From Phoronis australis (taxonomy: Eukaryota > Animalia > Phoronida): a stretch of DNA of 64,000 bases. Positions within the stretch are counted from its first letter, which is position 1; every line of letters begins with the position of its first letter. Below, piece by piece: positions 26,397 through 39,041 of this stretch. The translations under genes and the position numbers were made by a program. Location: NCBI GenBank assembly GCA_002633005.1, contig NMRA01000034.1, positions 891,766 to 955,765 of the forward strand, given 5' to 3'. The notes under the pieces are model-generated. The model had not been told where the DNA came from and ran no database searches. It saw nothing but the letters and a program-made list of their open reading frames with translations.

Positions 26397-27556
26397 CTGC
26401 AGAATAAGAATGTCATCATATTAAGAAGAGTGAGTGAAGACGGCGCAAACAGTTTTCGCGGTCTACAAGCTGACGGAGCGACGGTTATGAGTAGACGATC
26501 GATGTCAAGGGACCCAGTGCCCCTCGGAGTCTGTTTCTTGAAAGTAATAAAAAAACTCCAGACAGAAATTTGGTATTACTCTCCCGCTTCACTTTGGGCA
26601 GGTAAGAGCGCTTATAGTCATACAGAAGTTATCTCAGAGACTAGCAGCTATTAGTATATTCTAAAAGAATTTTCACTTTTTGCTCAAGCGAGATTTAATC
26701 ATTTTTCAAAAATGGTTGTCTGGAGGGTAAGGCCAAATTTCCTAGTAAATTCACATTTCCACGAAACAGGCCCTTGAGCTCAGTATCCGACCTCCAGTGT
26801 CCAGGCTGAATGAAACATCAGGCCATCCACTGTGTAAAGAGTCCGCCTCCCGGATGTTGGAATTTAAAAAGCACGCAGATATGGAGCACACGAACACCGT
26901 ATCCTGCGTCACAAGATCCATTCGTTCATTTTAGAGCAACATAATGGCGGAAAACATTTCTGATTAAAGACATTGTTCATCCAGGAAGAGGCAACCTACC
27001 GAATGTTCTCGTGAGCCTGCCAACAATGCTCATCATTCCAACTATGGTCTACTACTACCTAGCATCTTCCTGGCCGTATAATCCATCGGTGTTGATGGAA
27101 AGTAAGCAGTTGTTTCACGAAAGATTTTCCGTTGAGCAATCTTGGTCTGAACAAACAATTTTCTAATAATGTTTAAGGCGAAATTCCTACCTACTCCCAA
27201 CCTAAACATGAAAACCACGAGAGTGGGTAACTCGATGAACTGACTCGGCAAAGTTTCCTTTGCCACGACTGCTGGTTAACTCTTCCACCAAAAAGAACAT
27301 TGGAAAATCACCAGCGACTTAAGAATGTTTGGTTAGGGCTGACCAACCCTGTCACAACTGACGACTTTTTGTCATATGAGAACCCTGGACGATACTGTGC
27401 ACGACGGCAATCACGGTGCGTGTGAAAGGACTTATTTCGTCTAGATGAGTACCTTAGTCAATAATTCAAATTAAATTTAGTAGTGTGAATTAAATGTCGC
27501 TTTCATAGATTATATTCCTTGTTAAGACTCCTCCGACTATAATAAATATCTCTCAC

Positions 27557-27672
27557 CGGAAAGAACGACTTTAGCACTCTCTATCACAGGGTCCAATCCC
27601 GGAACTTGCGCTTCACATTCGATGGAATCGTCACCGCTCTTTGGCACATAACTGGAGACTCCAACCATGGCA
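27557..27672 (-). CDS. Ig-domain protein, exon 7 (end of Ig2)
   Basis: AMVGVSSYVPKSGDDSIECEAQVPGLDPVIESAKVVLS; tttatag/gtgag boundaries; 116 bp, phase 2 to 1. Confidence 0.8.
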
Positions 27673-28203
27673 CTATAAAACACAGATTAGCATATGTTTA
27701 CAACAAAGAATAGATATAATTTCTACAAGGCGTTGTAAAATTCAAACTCCATCACTTGGAACTCCGTTGTTTGACGAGGATGTGACGACGGGAGATTAGG
27801 ATACAGTGACTTTCAGACAGACAAGAGACAACGAACCATAGAGGAACCCACATAAGCAGTACAAATTTGATAGTATGTTTAGGTTTTAACGTGAAAACAT
27901 AAGGTGTAGTGTTGAAAATCTGAATCGATGTTTTGCGCACGGTGTTGAGATCGTTACGTCCAAGGAGAATTAAATCTTTCGGTCGGAGTTTAATCCCAAG
28001 AATAACCATCCCATCGCATACATAAGCAACGCACTTAACATCGAGTCAGATTTTCTAACTTACGCCTTGGTCAGAAATATTGTTACCACATGATACTTGG
28101 TGATATTATATTTAAGTTACGAAATAAAAAAATCAACTGAGATAATAAATAGCGTGTTGTATCTGCTATTAGGCCTCGTTTACACTGACGCTGTTAACAC
28201 CGA

Positions 28204-28332
28204 GGGTCCGTTTCATGAAAGTTCAAACTTGATTGTTGGCATGAGGTCAACAGCATTGCTCAACAAGCGCAAAGTGACATTATGATGGATTGGCAATATT
28301 GTTATTTTGAAATAGTTTCATGAAACGGACCC
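28204..28332. mobile_element. Harbinger-like MITE with GGGTCCGTTTCATGAAA TIRs (relatives at ~45180-45592 and ~52418-52585)
   Basis: 17-bp perfect inverted ends gggtccgtttcatgaaa / tttcatgaaacggaccc. Confidence 0.6.
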
Positions 28333-28336
28333 CAGT

Positions 28337-28491
28337 CAGTGGCGGATTTAGAGGGGGGCCAAGGGGGCCATGCCCGCCCAAAACTCTCCCAAATTCAATT
28401 TGGCAGTTCGGGGGTGCTAATGTCTGACGGACAAAATCTTGGCTAATACTCTGCCTTGCCCCCCTAACTAAACATCCTGGATCCGCCCCTG
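28337..28491. mobile_element. MITE with CAG...CTG ends and 5-bp TSD
   Basis: cagtggcggattt ... ggatccgcccctg, flanked by ccagt at 28332-28336 and 28492-28496; another right end of this type at ~39089-39102. Confidence 0.65.
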
Positions 28492-28988
28492 CCAGTGTAT
28501 TTTTGCGTACGGTATGCATTTTTGTCGCCAGACTTTGTCAGTTGAGAGCATCAGCCAGTAGCCTATCGCTTGTGAACCCATAAGTCACGGATTTTCTTCA
28601 CTTAAATTAAGGCGACTATAATAAACTAGCTTTCTGTCCACGGATTTAGACGACTTACAGCTCTAATCAACGTGTTCCTTACTCAAACTACAAGTGATAT
28701 CTGGATTTGCATACGAAATAGCAGATGGTCGTTCCTTAAGCTCAATGGCGCATAAAATGCCATCGCTTCTTTCGAAGGCCTGCAATCTCCACTAATTTGA
28801 CTAAGCAAAATTTGAGACCAAGTGCTCTAAATCAAAAGTTTATGTTTGTGATGGAAGGCGGGTTTGTTACTGCTTTAAGAAATTAACTGAACTGGTCAAA
28901 GCTAATGATGCCTGCAATGGTCGATCTAAAGGAACTCCTAAAACAGTTTCCGGGTCTAAACTCAAACTAGGAAGCAGTTTATACTCAC

Positions 28989-29164
28989 TTATTAACTGGA
29001 GTCTTCAAGCCTTCGACATCTCCAGTATATAAATGACCATTATGCCGACGAAATATATCGAGAACTTCTTTGCCGTTTCTGCGCACCGTTAACACCGGTT
29101 TTGGGTTGGAGCCAGTTGCCCGGCAAGTGATGGAGACTTGTTCAGAAATCTCCCAGTTGAATTG
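28989..29164 (-). CDS. Ig-domain protein, exon 6 (Ig2 core)
   Basis: QFNWEISEQVSITCRATGSNPKPVLTVRRNGKEV...; tttgtag/gtgagt boundaries; 176 bp, phase 0 to 2. Confidence 0.85.
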
Positions 29165-29174
29165 CTACAAATAT

Positions 29175-32121
29175 AACAAGAGCAACGCGGAGCGTTGAAA
29201 TGCGCCCACGAATGCATCGCAAATGGTGTGCTTTTATTTTTATCATAAAAATGGCCGCTAGATGGCGCAAAAACGTACCATCCATCCAAATACAGCTATG
29301 GATGCAAAAGAAAACAGAGCTACCACTAGGAGGCGCAACAGTAGTCAGTCGCCATCATCAAACGTCCTCTTCACACTGAGAACATTTCAATTTTCAAAAC
29401 CATCCCTTGAAGGATTTGGTTGACCAGGGTTTGAAAACAGCAAAAATGGCCACTAGGTGGAGCAAATACCTAGATTCCATCCAAAAACAGGAGCAAAGCG
29501 TCATCTTTTCAATAGATGCCTATATTCAAAATTTTATGAAAATCTGTTTTGGACCTTTGAAGATACAGAGGTAAACGTAAAAAACTAAAATTGCCACTAG
29601 GTGGTCAGATCCATCCGAAAGTCGTCGTTGTTCGTTGTCAACATCATATAAATACACTTGCTAAATCAAGTAAAAATCCTGAAAACGGTTTAGGAAATAC
29701 AGACATGAGCGCAAAAAAAAACTGCCAACAGGAGGCGCCACAGTAATAGAACTTGGAAAATCATTGTCAGCCGTCCACTTCATAGTTAAAACATAAATGC
29801 CAATTTTCACAATTATCCTGAAAGCGGTTTGGTTGATAGAAGAGTGGACGCCAAAAAACAGACTTGAAAACAGTAAAAATGGCCACTAGGTGGCGCAAAC
29901 TGGGTTGAATCCATCTGAAAATGGAGAGATGGCGTCACTTCATTAACAGATGCCTGTATGCCAAATTTATGAAAATACATTGAGAACCTTTGAAGATAGA
30001 GAGGTAAACGTAAAAAAATAAAATTGCCTGCAAACGGTTTAAGAGATACAGCCACAGGCGCAAAAAAAAAACAAAATTGCCACTAGGAGGCGCCACAGTA
30101 GTTGAAGTCGTCGGAAAACCATCGTCCGCCGTCCACTTCATAGTAAGAACATACATTTTGTCGTGACAATTTTCGCAATCATCCTTTGAGCGGTTTGGTT
30201 GATGGAGGGATGGACGCCAAAAACAGACTCGAAAACAGTAAAAAATGGCCACTGGGTGGCGCAAAATACCTCGAATCCATCCGAAAAAGAAAGGATAGCG
30301 TCACCTCATTAAATAGATGCCTATGTGCCAAATTTCATGAAAATCGGTAGAGGACCTTTCAAGATACAGAGGCAACGTAACAAGAGCAACGCAGAGCGTT
30401 GAAATGCGCCCACAATTGCACCGTATACGGTATCCTTCTAGGGTTGTTTATTGGTACCATAAAGTGGCCAGTAGAGGGCATATGTGTAGTATGTTGTACT
30501 TTGCAAAATGGAAAGGCATGGTCATTGTCTCCTCAATAGGCTAGGGGCAAAATGTGAGTGATCTTCATAGTACAAGCACATCCTATACATCAGTTGCTTA
30601 AAGCACCACAGAAACATAGAATTAAAAACAAATTTACCAACATACGAGATTAGCACAGCATTAGAATGCCAGAAACAAATTTCTACTTGGAACTTTTCCT
30701 TCATAGTCACGAAGTAACACAAAGTATACACCTGAAGACCTATGAAAATACAGAGGTCAATGTAAAATACTAAAATTGCCACTAGAGGCAAATACTAAAA
30801 TTGCCACTAGAGGCATACCGGTAATCAGAATCATCCTAAAGTCGTCATCGTCCGTTGTCAACATCACATAAATACACTTGCTAAATTTAGTAAAGATCCT
30901 GCAAACGGTTTGGGAGATACAGCCATGGGCGCAAAAAAACAAAACTGCCACTAGGAGGCGCCACAGTAGTCCAAATCGTCTGAAAATCATTGTCAGCTGT
31001 CTTCCTTATAGTAAGCACATACACGCCAATTTTCACAATCATCCTTTGAGCGGTTTGGTTGATAGAGGGGTGGACGCAAAAATACAGACTCGAAAACAGT
31101 AAAAATGGCCACTAGGTGGCGCAAACTACGTCGAATCCATCTGAAAACAGTAGGATAGCGTCATCTCACTAATAGGTGCCTACATACCAAATTTCATGAA
31201 AATCCGTTCAATACTTTTGAAGATACAAAGGTAAGCGTAAAAAACTAAAATTGCCACTAGGGGGCACACCGGTAGTCGGATCCGACCAAAAGTCGTCATC
31301 TTCCGTTGTTAACATCATATAAATATACTTACACAATTTGTAAAGATCCTGCGAACGGTTTAGGAGATACAGCCATAGGCGCAAAAAAACAAAACTGCCA
31401 CTAGGAGGCGCCACAGTAGTCGAAATCGTCGGAAAATCATCGTCAACCATCCTCTACATAGTAAGCATATACATGCCAATTTTCACAATCATCCTTTGAG
31501 CGGTTTGGTTGATAGAGGGGTGGACGCACAAAAACAGACTCGAAAACACTAAAAATGGCCACTAGGTGGCGCAAACTATGTCGAATCCATCTGAAAACGG
31601 GAGGATAGTGTCATCTCACTAATAGGTGCCTACATACCAAATTTCATGAAAATCTGTTCGGGACTTTTGAAGATACAAAGGTAAGCGTAAAAAACTAAAA
31701 TTGCCACTAGGGGGCACACCGGTAGTCGGATCCGTACGAAAGTTCGCATATGCCGTCCCATTCCTGAATGGAACATATGTGCCAAATTTCATGAACATAT
31801 GTCAAAGGGTTTTGGAGATAGAGCAGCGGACGCCGGACGGACACCGCCCGTACGGACGGACGGACGGACGGAGATGACGGCATAATGCGTCCACATATAA
31901 ATATGTGGGCGCATAAAAAAGTAAAATTGCTACCAGGGGGCACAGCGGTATTCGGGTCAGTCCGAAACTCGTCGCCCTCTGTCGTCAACCCCATAGGACC
32001 ACACCTGCCAAATTTCAATGAGATCCTGCAAGGGGCCTAAGAGATACAGCCGCGGACGCCGGACGCCCAGACAGAGATGACGGCAATATGCACCCGCATG
32101 TAAATAAGTGGGCGCATAAAA
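29175..32121 (-). mobile_element. HINE (Helentron-associated, DINE-1/pearl-like) element with internal tandem repeats; outer copy
   Basis: On minus: 5' TTTTATGCGCCCAC subTIR plus short inverted copy, ~150-bp tandem subunits, then 3' GTGGGCGCAT subTIR, hairpin CAACGC-tcc-GCGTTG and CTCTTGTT; inserted in a T-rich site. Confidence 0.8.
30379..31917 (-). mobile_element. Second HINE of the same family nested inside the first
   Basis: Same terminal modules, (CCGT)n microsatellite at ~31850-31872, 450-bp higher-order repeat. It splits the cgtaa|aaaagtaaaattgc A-run of an outer-element subunit. Confidence 0.8.
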
Positions 32122-32594
32122 CGGATGTAGTGTACTTGGAGACCCATGACTACCTTCTAAATAAGTTACACGCGCCTACCTGGAAAATCAAGGAGCAACG
32201 CTGTGGCTCAATTTCGACTTAAACGTTACAAAATTGTCGTTTTTGACATGTATTCAATTCAAAATCATCTGGCCAAAAGTCATGCAGATACACGATGAAT
32301 GTTTGTCTGCGCCTATCAGGGAAGCTTAACGCTTGAGCCTATAATCTTTAAAAATACGCGCAGGTATGATATCAGATAAATAGATAGATAGATCATTAGA
32401 GAGATTTCGATAGACCAGTATGTGAAGGACAATTAGCTGACCGCTATTACTCTCAATTATTTTATTACAGCACCGTGCACAGTCGTCAACAATCAACATC
32501 ACGAGATGTGATTTGATCAATGTTTGACCAATTCTACAATACTTTGTGTCCCTATATTTAAAAACGTCAAGTCACCAACTTTCGGGTCACTCAC

Positions 32595-32677
32595 CAACTT
32601 GTTGTTCACAGTCTCAGTAATGGTTTTATTTGGATCCGGCGACATGAGGTCACTCGTTAGACTCAGTGACGGTGCGT
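32595..32677 (-). CDS. Ig-domain protein, exon 5
   Basis: (N)APSLSLTSDLMSPDPNKTITETVNNKL; ctaacag/gtgagt boundaries; 83 bp, phase 1 to 0. Confidence 0.7.
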
Positions 32678-34177
32678 CTGTTAGGAGAGAACAAAATAAT
32701 AGGTCAGATCAGTGACGCAAAAAGTTAAGCACGAATTCGACATTATGCTCGAAAGCGAAGTGTCATGTCCAAACAACTGCTTGTTTGAAACGCGCGCCCT
32801 TTCACGCTTGCGTTATGCTCAAATGCATTGTGTCCTAAACAACAGTACACAACACTAAGTGACCGTTATTCAGCGTTGAAAACCGGATCAATGCAGGGTC
32901 CCTCTAAGTAGCTATTGCTTACGTTTGTCCTCAAACAGGTAATCATCGCAATTTGGAGCTTTTTCACATCAATTTTGGATATATGTAGAAGATTTTAATG
33001 GCTTGAGGAGCGAGCTATTTTAGCGTATCTTGCGCCTAGATGCTATACATCAAGATCAAGTACTTTCTTGCGCATTAATTTTGGTCAATCATGAAAACGT
33101 GCCTGCTTTTTCAAAATTATGTGGTTTCATTTTGCCCATTTCACTCAAAAGCCATGGTGTGGTTGAAGTTCCGCGGGTTTTCTGGTAAATATTGCGAAAT
33201 GAATTGTAAAATTGTACATCCACTCCTATTACACCAAGTACGGTAAGAGAAACGTGATTTACAGGAAATGACCTCAATGTTATGATGGAGTACACGTTCC
33301 AAGATTGGTTTTACTGACAGAATTGTGCTTGTACCTACGCATGCACTCAACTTTACTTTCCGGTGATCAAATACAGCTTTCCGTACAGGGAGCTTCTTGC
33401 AAGATCACCCATATAAGACAAAACAGATTGTTACGCAAGTTCCATTTATCCCGTGCCTGCCATGCAATACGATCCCCCAAAAAGGAAGATGCCATTTTTG
33501 AAAAGCATTGCGTGATGGTTTCCACTCGTAAGTATTTTGTGCCATCACAGATACCTTGTGTAAAAGATGTTTAGGGAAATGGTACTTGTAACCTGAGCGC
33601 ACCAAAACTGAAAGCACGGAAACATTAAAGCATCCGTTTGGTGAAAGTGCGACACTGAATGTGTGCCTCAAAATGCATGTCCACAAGTTATCCGAGATAT
33701 CACATGCGCGCACCCGCCCACGAAGCATCTAAAAACCATAGCAGTGCCGTAGATGAAGTTCCCGAATTAAACGTCATATGTAGTCAGGATAACTTACAAT
33801 AATAATATGCCTCCCTTTAACGTTTTTTCAGTTTCTCTAGTAACCCGCGACAAACAACGCTCACCTGGCAGCGAATTTCAGTGATAGGAATACTTTGACG
33901 TCTAACTACATTTTTAGGTCTATTTGCAACTTATCGAATTTTCATAGTATTTAAGCCCGGGGTGTACATTCGGAAATTTCCTTTTCTCGATTCAAAATTA
34001 AATAAACGCTGTGCTCCCATTGGGAGTACGTTTCTTGACATAGACCTACGCCCCTTGTGTGTATATTTGGAGAGAGTTTGCACAGAAATCTCAGGTTTAT
34101 CTTCTTTACTTTGACTATTTTCAACCACCTTTACCTTGTATTGTAGCTGTGAATCCATGGAATTGTAGGATACTCAC

Positions 34178-34285
34178 TTGGAACATTAAATGTGACTTCA
34201 GAGGAATTCAAACGGACGGTTTCAACATTGTTTTCGTTCCTCACTAAAACGCATCTGTATATCCCGGTGTCTTCGACAGTAAGGG
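34178..34285 (-). CDS. Ig-domain protein, exon 4 (end of V-type Ig1)
   Basis: (A)LTVEDTGIYRCVLVRNENNVETVRLNSSEVTFNVP, with canonical DxGxYxC; ttcacag/gtgagt boundaries; 108 bp, phase 1 to 1. Confidence 0.85.
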
Positions 34286-34784
34286 CTGTGAACACATAAA
34301 GGATAACTTACATATTAGAGTAACAACCAACGAGAAAACAATTCCCTCAGTTACCTTGTTACACCACAAGACTACTATGGTTTTCAAACATTTGAACTTA
34401 CTACTGGTCAGCTCAACGGAAATAATATCCAAATCTCCGCAAGGCGTAAGCATTTTAGTTCCATTAAATTACTTTTTATTTTCAAGCCGTAGAAAACGTT
34501 ATCCTCCAACCGTTAAAAACAACATTCGAATATAACTGACGTCTATGACAAACCAGCAGATCAAAGTTTTATTTCTGTAATCTAATTCATGTGTTTTACG
34601 TACATTTTGATCCACTGGTGTTTATGAGAGCTAAGAAAATTTATTGTATTTTGCCTTCAGGATAACTGGAATTTCCTAAGTAATATGCGTGATTTTGAAT
34701 TGTCAAACAGATTAGCAGCTCACTGCAGTTTTAGCTAGAAGGATTCAACAAAATGCCCCGGGGGCGATCGTGGTGACATCCTAT

Positions 34785-35500
34785 TCTGCCCCCTCTGAAA
34801 ACAATATTTAAGCTGTCATTTTTTGTGACACTAAAATTTAGGTAATAATGTGGAAAAAAAACATTGTGTTTAATTCACAAACTCTTAGTTATTCCTGCTC
34901 GCTTTGAATAATTCCAATCAAAGCATTCTTCTTATTTGATTTCGTGAAAAATCACTGAAACTGAGATGTTTTGGCATAAAACATGACTATACGTTCTCTG
35001 TGTCTCCCACTACCACCTGATCATAGTGGATTTTCTGAGAAAAAACAGCAACGATGAAGGCCTCAGGACTAAATTATATTTCAAACGTTCAACCGGGTAA
35101 GACGTATGCACTAAGGACGCGGTCTCCCGGATGGCTAAACTTTCCAACTTTGCAACTTTTTGGCGTTTAGTCTCTCAGGAGATGGTATAGCTTAGTTGCA
35201 TGTGTTGTACTCAGTTGGATGTTTGAAATATGACTTTCGTTCTGAGGCCTTCGTCGCTTTGTTGATATTTCTCAGAAACGTCACAGAAATCGGTTGGTAA
35301 TGGGTGACTCGTGTGCCAAAACATCTCAATTTCGGCAATATTTCATGAAAGCAAAGGAGAAGAATGCGTTGATTAGAGATAGTCAAACAGATAGTAATAA
35401 CTGAGAGTTTATGAATTAAACACAAGGCTTTTTTCTACATTTTTGCTCAAAAGAATTTTGGTACAGGAATGAACAAAGAAATATGTCTGTAGGTCGGGGA
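34785..35500. mobile_element. Old foldback / long-TIR non-autonomous element
   Basis: Imperfect inverted arms ~34785-35115 and ~35190-35500 (e.g. ttgtgtttaattcacaaactcttagttatt vs the reverse complement of 35396-35425; ctgagatgttttggca vs tgccaaaacatctca). Confidence 0.65.
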
Positions 35501-35671
35501 ACATGATTCCGTGAGAATGGGATTGTATGCACGAGGCAAGAATTTTAGGCGTGATCACTAGGCCCGAACGTCACACCAGTAATGGTTCCTTGAGCGTGTT
35601 CTATGCTATGTGCAGGGGTAAAAGAACCCCAATAACTGGTTATTCAAATTGAAACATCGTTTCATAGTCAC

Positions 35672-35816
35672 CTGAGACTGTCACCTTCACATTGCCACTA
35701 TAGACACCATCGACTGGACCAGTAATGTCGTACTGTGCGACACTGAATCTACTGCTATCTTTAAATGGTTCTCGTACACTTTTTTTGTCGTTCACTTTCA
35801 TGTAGTCCTCTGTATC
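35672..35816 (-). CDS. Ig-domain protein, exon 3
   Basis: DTEDYMKVNDKKSVREPFKDSSRFSVAQYDITGPVDGVYSGNVKVTVS; ccatag/gtgact boundaries; 145 bp, phase 0 to 1. Confidence 0.78.
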
Positions 35817-36694
35817 CTATGGCGAAATAACTTTGGGTTACAATAGTTAACATCTCAATTGTTTGATCAACTGTGAAACGAAATGGTCTCACCACAAGCA
35901 GTGAAATGAACCAACGAAGGCATAATCTGAGCTCAAAGCCATGTTGCTTGACATCATCACTGTCCTCCCATCAGCTGCCTCAACTTAGTGCATGTGGTGC
36001 TTTTCAGTCTTCATTTTGAGCTTTATACGACTGGTTATGGGGTGGCAGTCAATTTCATCTCTCCCAATTTCAAGAGCAAAGTGTTGTAAACGCATTTTAA
36101 ATGGTGTACAATAACACATCATAACCAAGGGTATCGCAAGAGGGAACATGAGTACCCAGAATTGACAAACATGTTTTGGAGTCTCATTTTTTGAAATAAC
36201 ATCAAATTAGAAAGCTTCAAAAATTGAATGATTCGTAAAATATTTGATAAAAATGGCATATACCCTTGCGACAAGTTCCACCGAGGTACACCTATTGGTT
36301 CACTACATACACTATCATCCGAAAATACTTTCAATGAAGAATAGTCTAGTTCAAAACTAAAACGACCACTAAAAGGGGTTTCATCCCGCCAGTGCACTTC
36401 TTCGTCAATTTATCAGCAAATCATCTATCAGTTGTTGTCTAGATATCAGAGGTAAAATTGAGGCTACAGAAATATCTTAGGTGTTCTGCATGGGCCTAGC
36501 GAAGAGGTATGGGTAAAGTTCCATCAAGCTAGTACCTCGTTAGAAAATCAAGATCTCGCCAGTTTCCGCGAAGTATCACTGTGTAGTTTCAATGAAAGCA
36601 CCTGGTTTTAGCTAGATTTTTCTTGCCGCGAGACAGCTCTTGAACTCTACCCTGAACTATAAAACCAGACTGACAATGTAGAAAGCAGTCTTAC

Positions 36695-36852
36695 CTGTCG
36701 CTTTTCGAGATCAACGCCATCTATTCCGTTCAGTGACCATTCGGTAGTCTTCATTATACACTCGAACGTGATAGTTTCTCCCTTCTTTTTGCTAATTACC
36801 TCTGCAGCGGCTTTCCCGTCTTCCTTTATTTCTATAGTGTTGGTGGCCGACA
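36695..36852 (-). CDS. Ig-domain protein, exon 2 (start of Ig1)
   Basis: (V)SATNTIEIKEDGKAAAEVISKKKGETITFECIMKTTEWSLNGIDGVDLEKRQ; ttctag/gtaaga boundaries; 158 bp, phase 1 to 0. Confidence 0.8.
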
Positions 36853-38438
36853 CTAGAATGAGACCACACATGTTCACTTAATGATTTTTTTATTAACGAG
36901 TCAATAAGCATTGGCGGAGGGCTATAGCCCCACTTTTTCAGGGCTGCGCCGCGTCTTTCCGCTTAAGAACTTCATGAAAGACATGTAACCGCAAATCAGT
37001 CCATATTAAACGTATTCCGCAATGATGCTCTTTTCACGTGTTGTCAAATTAACCAGAACTAAATATTGAATTTCAAAACTATCTTTAAATTGCTGGTGAT
37101 CCACAATGTCTGTGGCACGGAATTTCACTTTTCACAAATTGCTAGTGAAAAATGTATGTACACGCAAAGCCGCATTAGTCACTTATACAGGAGTCCTGTG
37201 TTTTGAGAACTAGTCATTCAGTAAACAAAACTGGTTCTCAAATTTTTGAACCCCTGTGAGTTACCATTACATGCACAGGACAGTAGTTTGTTGGTGTGTC
37301 TCAATGTCACTCTTTTTGTGTTCCAGATTGATGAAAAAGAAAACACCCGCGTAAGAGTCACTATACCGATTCTCAAGAAATGTCGCTCAACAACAGTCAA
37401 ACGTCGAAAAAGGGCGCAGGCCCTTTAAAAAACTCGCTCAGTATTGAACGGTCGAAATCAACCCGTGAAATTAAGTTGAAGTAAACTCCTATCGCAAGTC
37501 ATATATAGGCCTTGCCTACTTGAAGAGCTAGTCGGAGTTCACACGTTAAATCTTAACACCAAGGCGGTGAGTATTTGTCAGGAGATTACACGCATATTAT
37601 CTGCTTCGGACAAAATCTCACCGGGTCAAGACTATCAAAAGCCGAGACAGTTGTAACAAATCTTCTTAGTTCATATACTTTGCTTAATTTTCTTGGTCAA
37701 CATGTCTTTCAAAGCCAACCCCAATACTATGTGTCGCAGTCAATGAAAGAAACCTTTGTGGCAACTCGTATGTTATCGAAAATAAAGTGGAGTTCACTTT
37801 GCGGAGTCTCGTGGTTACTAACTGAAATTATTTGGGACATTGGATATAAATCACGGATTATTGTGCATGACCGACATACGTATGTGGTCATCTAGACATA
37901 TCTCGTCTTCCCACGATGATTGTGGGAGCGAGGTCATTATAAAAAATTATTAATTTGATATGTTGAAGACCATATCGAATTATTGTTATATAAATTCCAA
38001 GAAACGAATTCCGAAAGGCATGGTTAATATTCATGCGACGAGCTATGTTTTTATAACTTATTTTGAAAGGCCATAGAATTTTCATTTCTATCTAAATTAT
38101 TATATATTAAACTATGCCCTATATCTGTTGCCATTTTTATTACTTTTAGAAAACATGTGAACTTTACGATTCAGCGTTGCTTTACCGCCTCCCCTGAGCG
38201 TGTCGCAGCTCACGACACTGCTGCGTAATGATGCTCCCAAATTCTGCACAGATTCATCATTTTTTATGTGCAGAGCCCAGTTGAGTAACAGAGCCCCAAT
38301 GGACTGATTTCACATTTTATTCAGGCTTATTACATTAAAATCAACTTCAAAATGTCCCAGTCAAATTTCTAGACCGCCAAAATGATTTTGGCAAAGATGC
38401 CCAGGCTTCTGCGAATGATTCATTTTCAACAGACTGCC

Positions 38439-39041
38439 NNNNNNNNNNNNNNNNNNNNNNNNNNNNNNNNNNNNNNNNNNNNNNNNNNNNNNNNNNNNNN
38501 NNNNNNNNNNNNNNNNNNNNNNNNNNNNNNNNNNNNNNNNNNNNNNNNNNNNNNNNNNNNNNNNNNNNNNNNNNNNNNNNNNNNNNNNNNNNNNNNNNNN
38601 NNNNNNNNNNNNNNNNNNNNNNNNNNNNNNNNNNNNNNNNNNNNNNNNNNNNNNNNNNNNNNNNNNNNNNNNNNNNNNNNNNNNNNNNNNNNNNNNNNNN
38701 NNNNNNNNNNNNNNNNNNNNNNNNNNNNNNNNNNNNNNNNNNNNNNNNNNNNNNNNNNNNNNNNNNNNNNNNNNNNNNNNNNNNNNNNNNNNNNNNNNNN
38801 NNNNNNNNNNNNNNNNNNNNNNNNNNNNNNNNNNNNNNNNNNNNNNNNNNNNNNNNNNNNNNNNNNNNNNNNNNNNNNNNNNNNNNNNNNNNNNNNNNNN
38901 NNNNNNNNNNNNNNNNNNNNNNNNNNNNNNNNNNNNNNNNNNNNNNNNNNNNNNNNNNNNNNNNNNNNNNNNNNNNNNNNNNNNNNNNNNNNNNNNNNNN
39001 NNNNNNNNNNNNNNNNNNNNNNNNNNNNNNNNNNNNNNNNN
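38439..39041. other. Assembly gap
   Basis: Run of N. Confidence 0.99.

Noticed and set aside
26700-27300. Possible Polinton polB or LINE fragment on minus
   Set aside because: Only vague resemblance (AGYGV, GLFTQW); no diagnostic motif.
29089-32018. Several short ORFs with APPSG motifs
   Set aside because: Translations of the non-coding tandem subunits; APPSG is the reverse complement of the CTCF-like motif.
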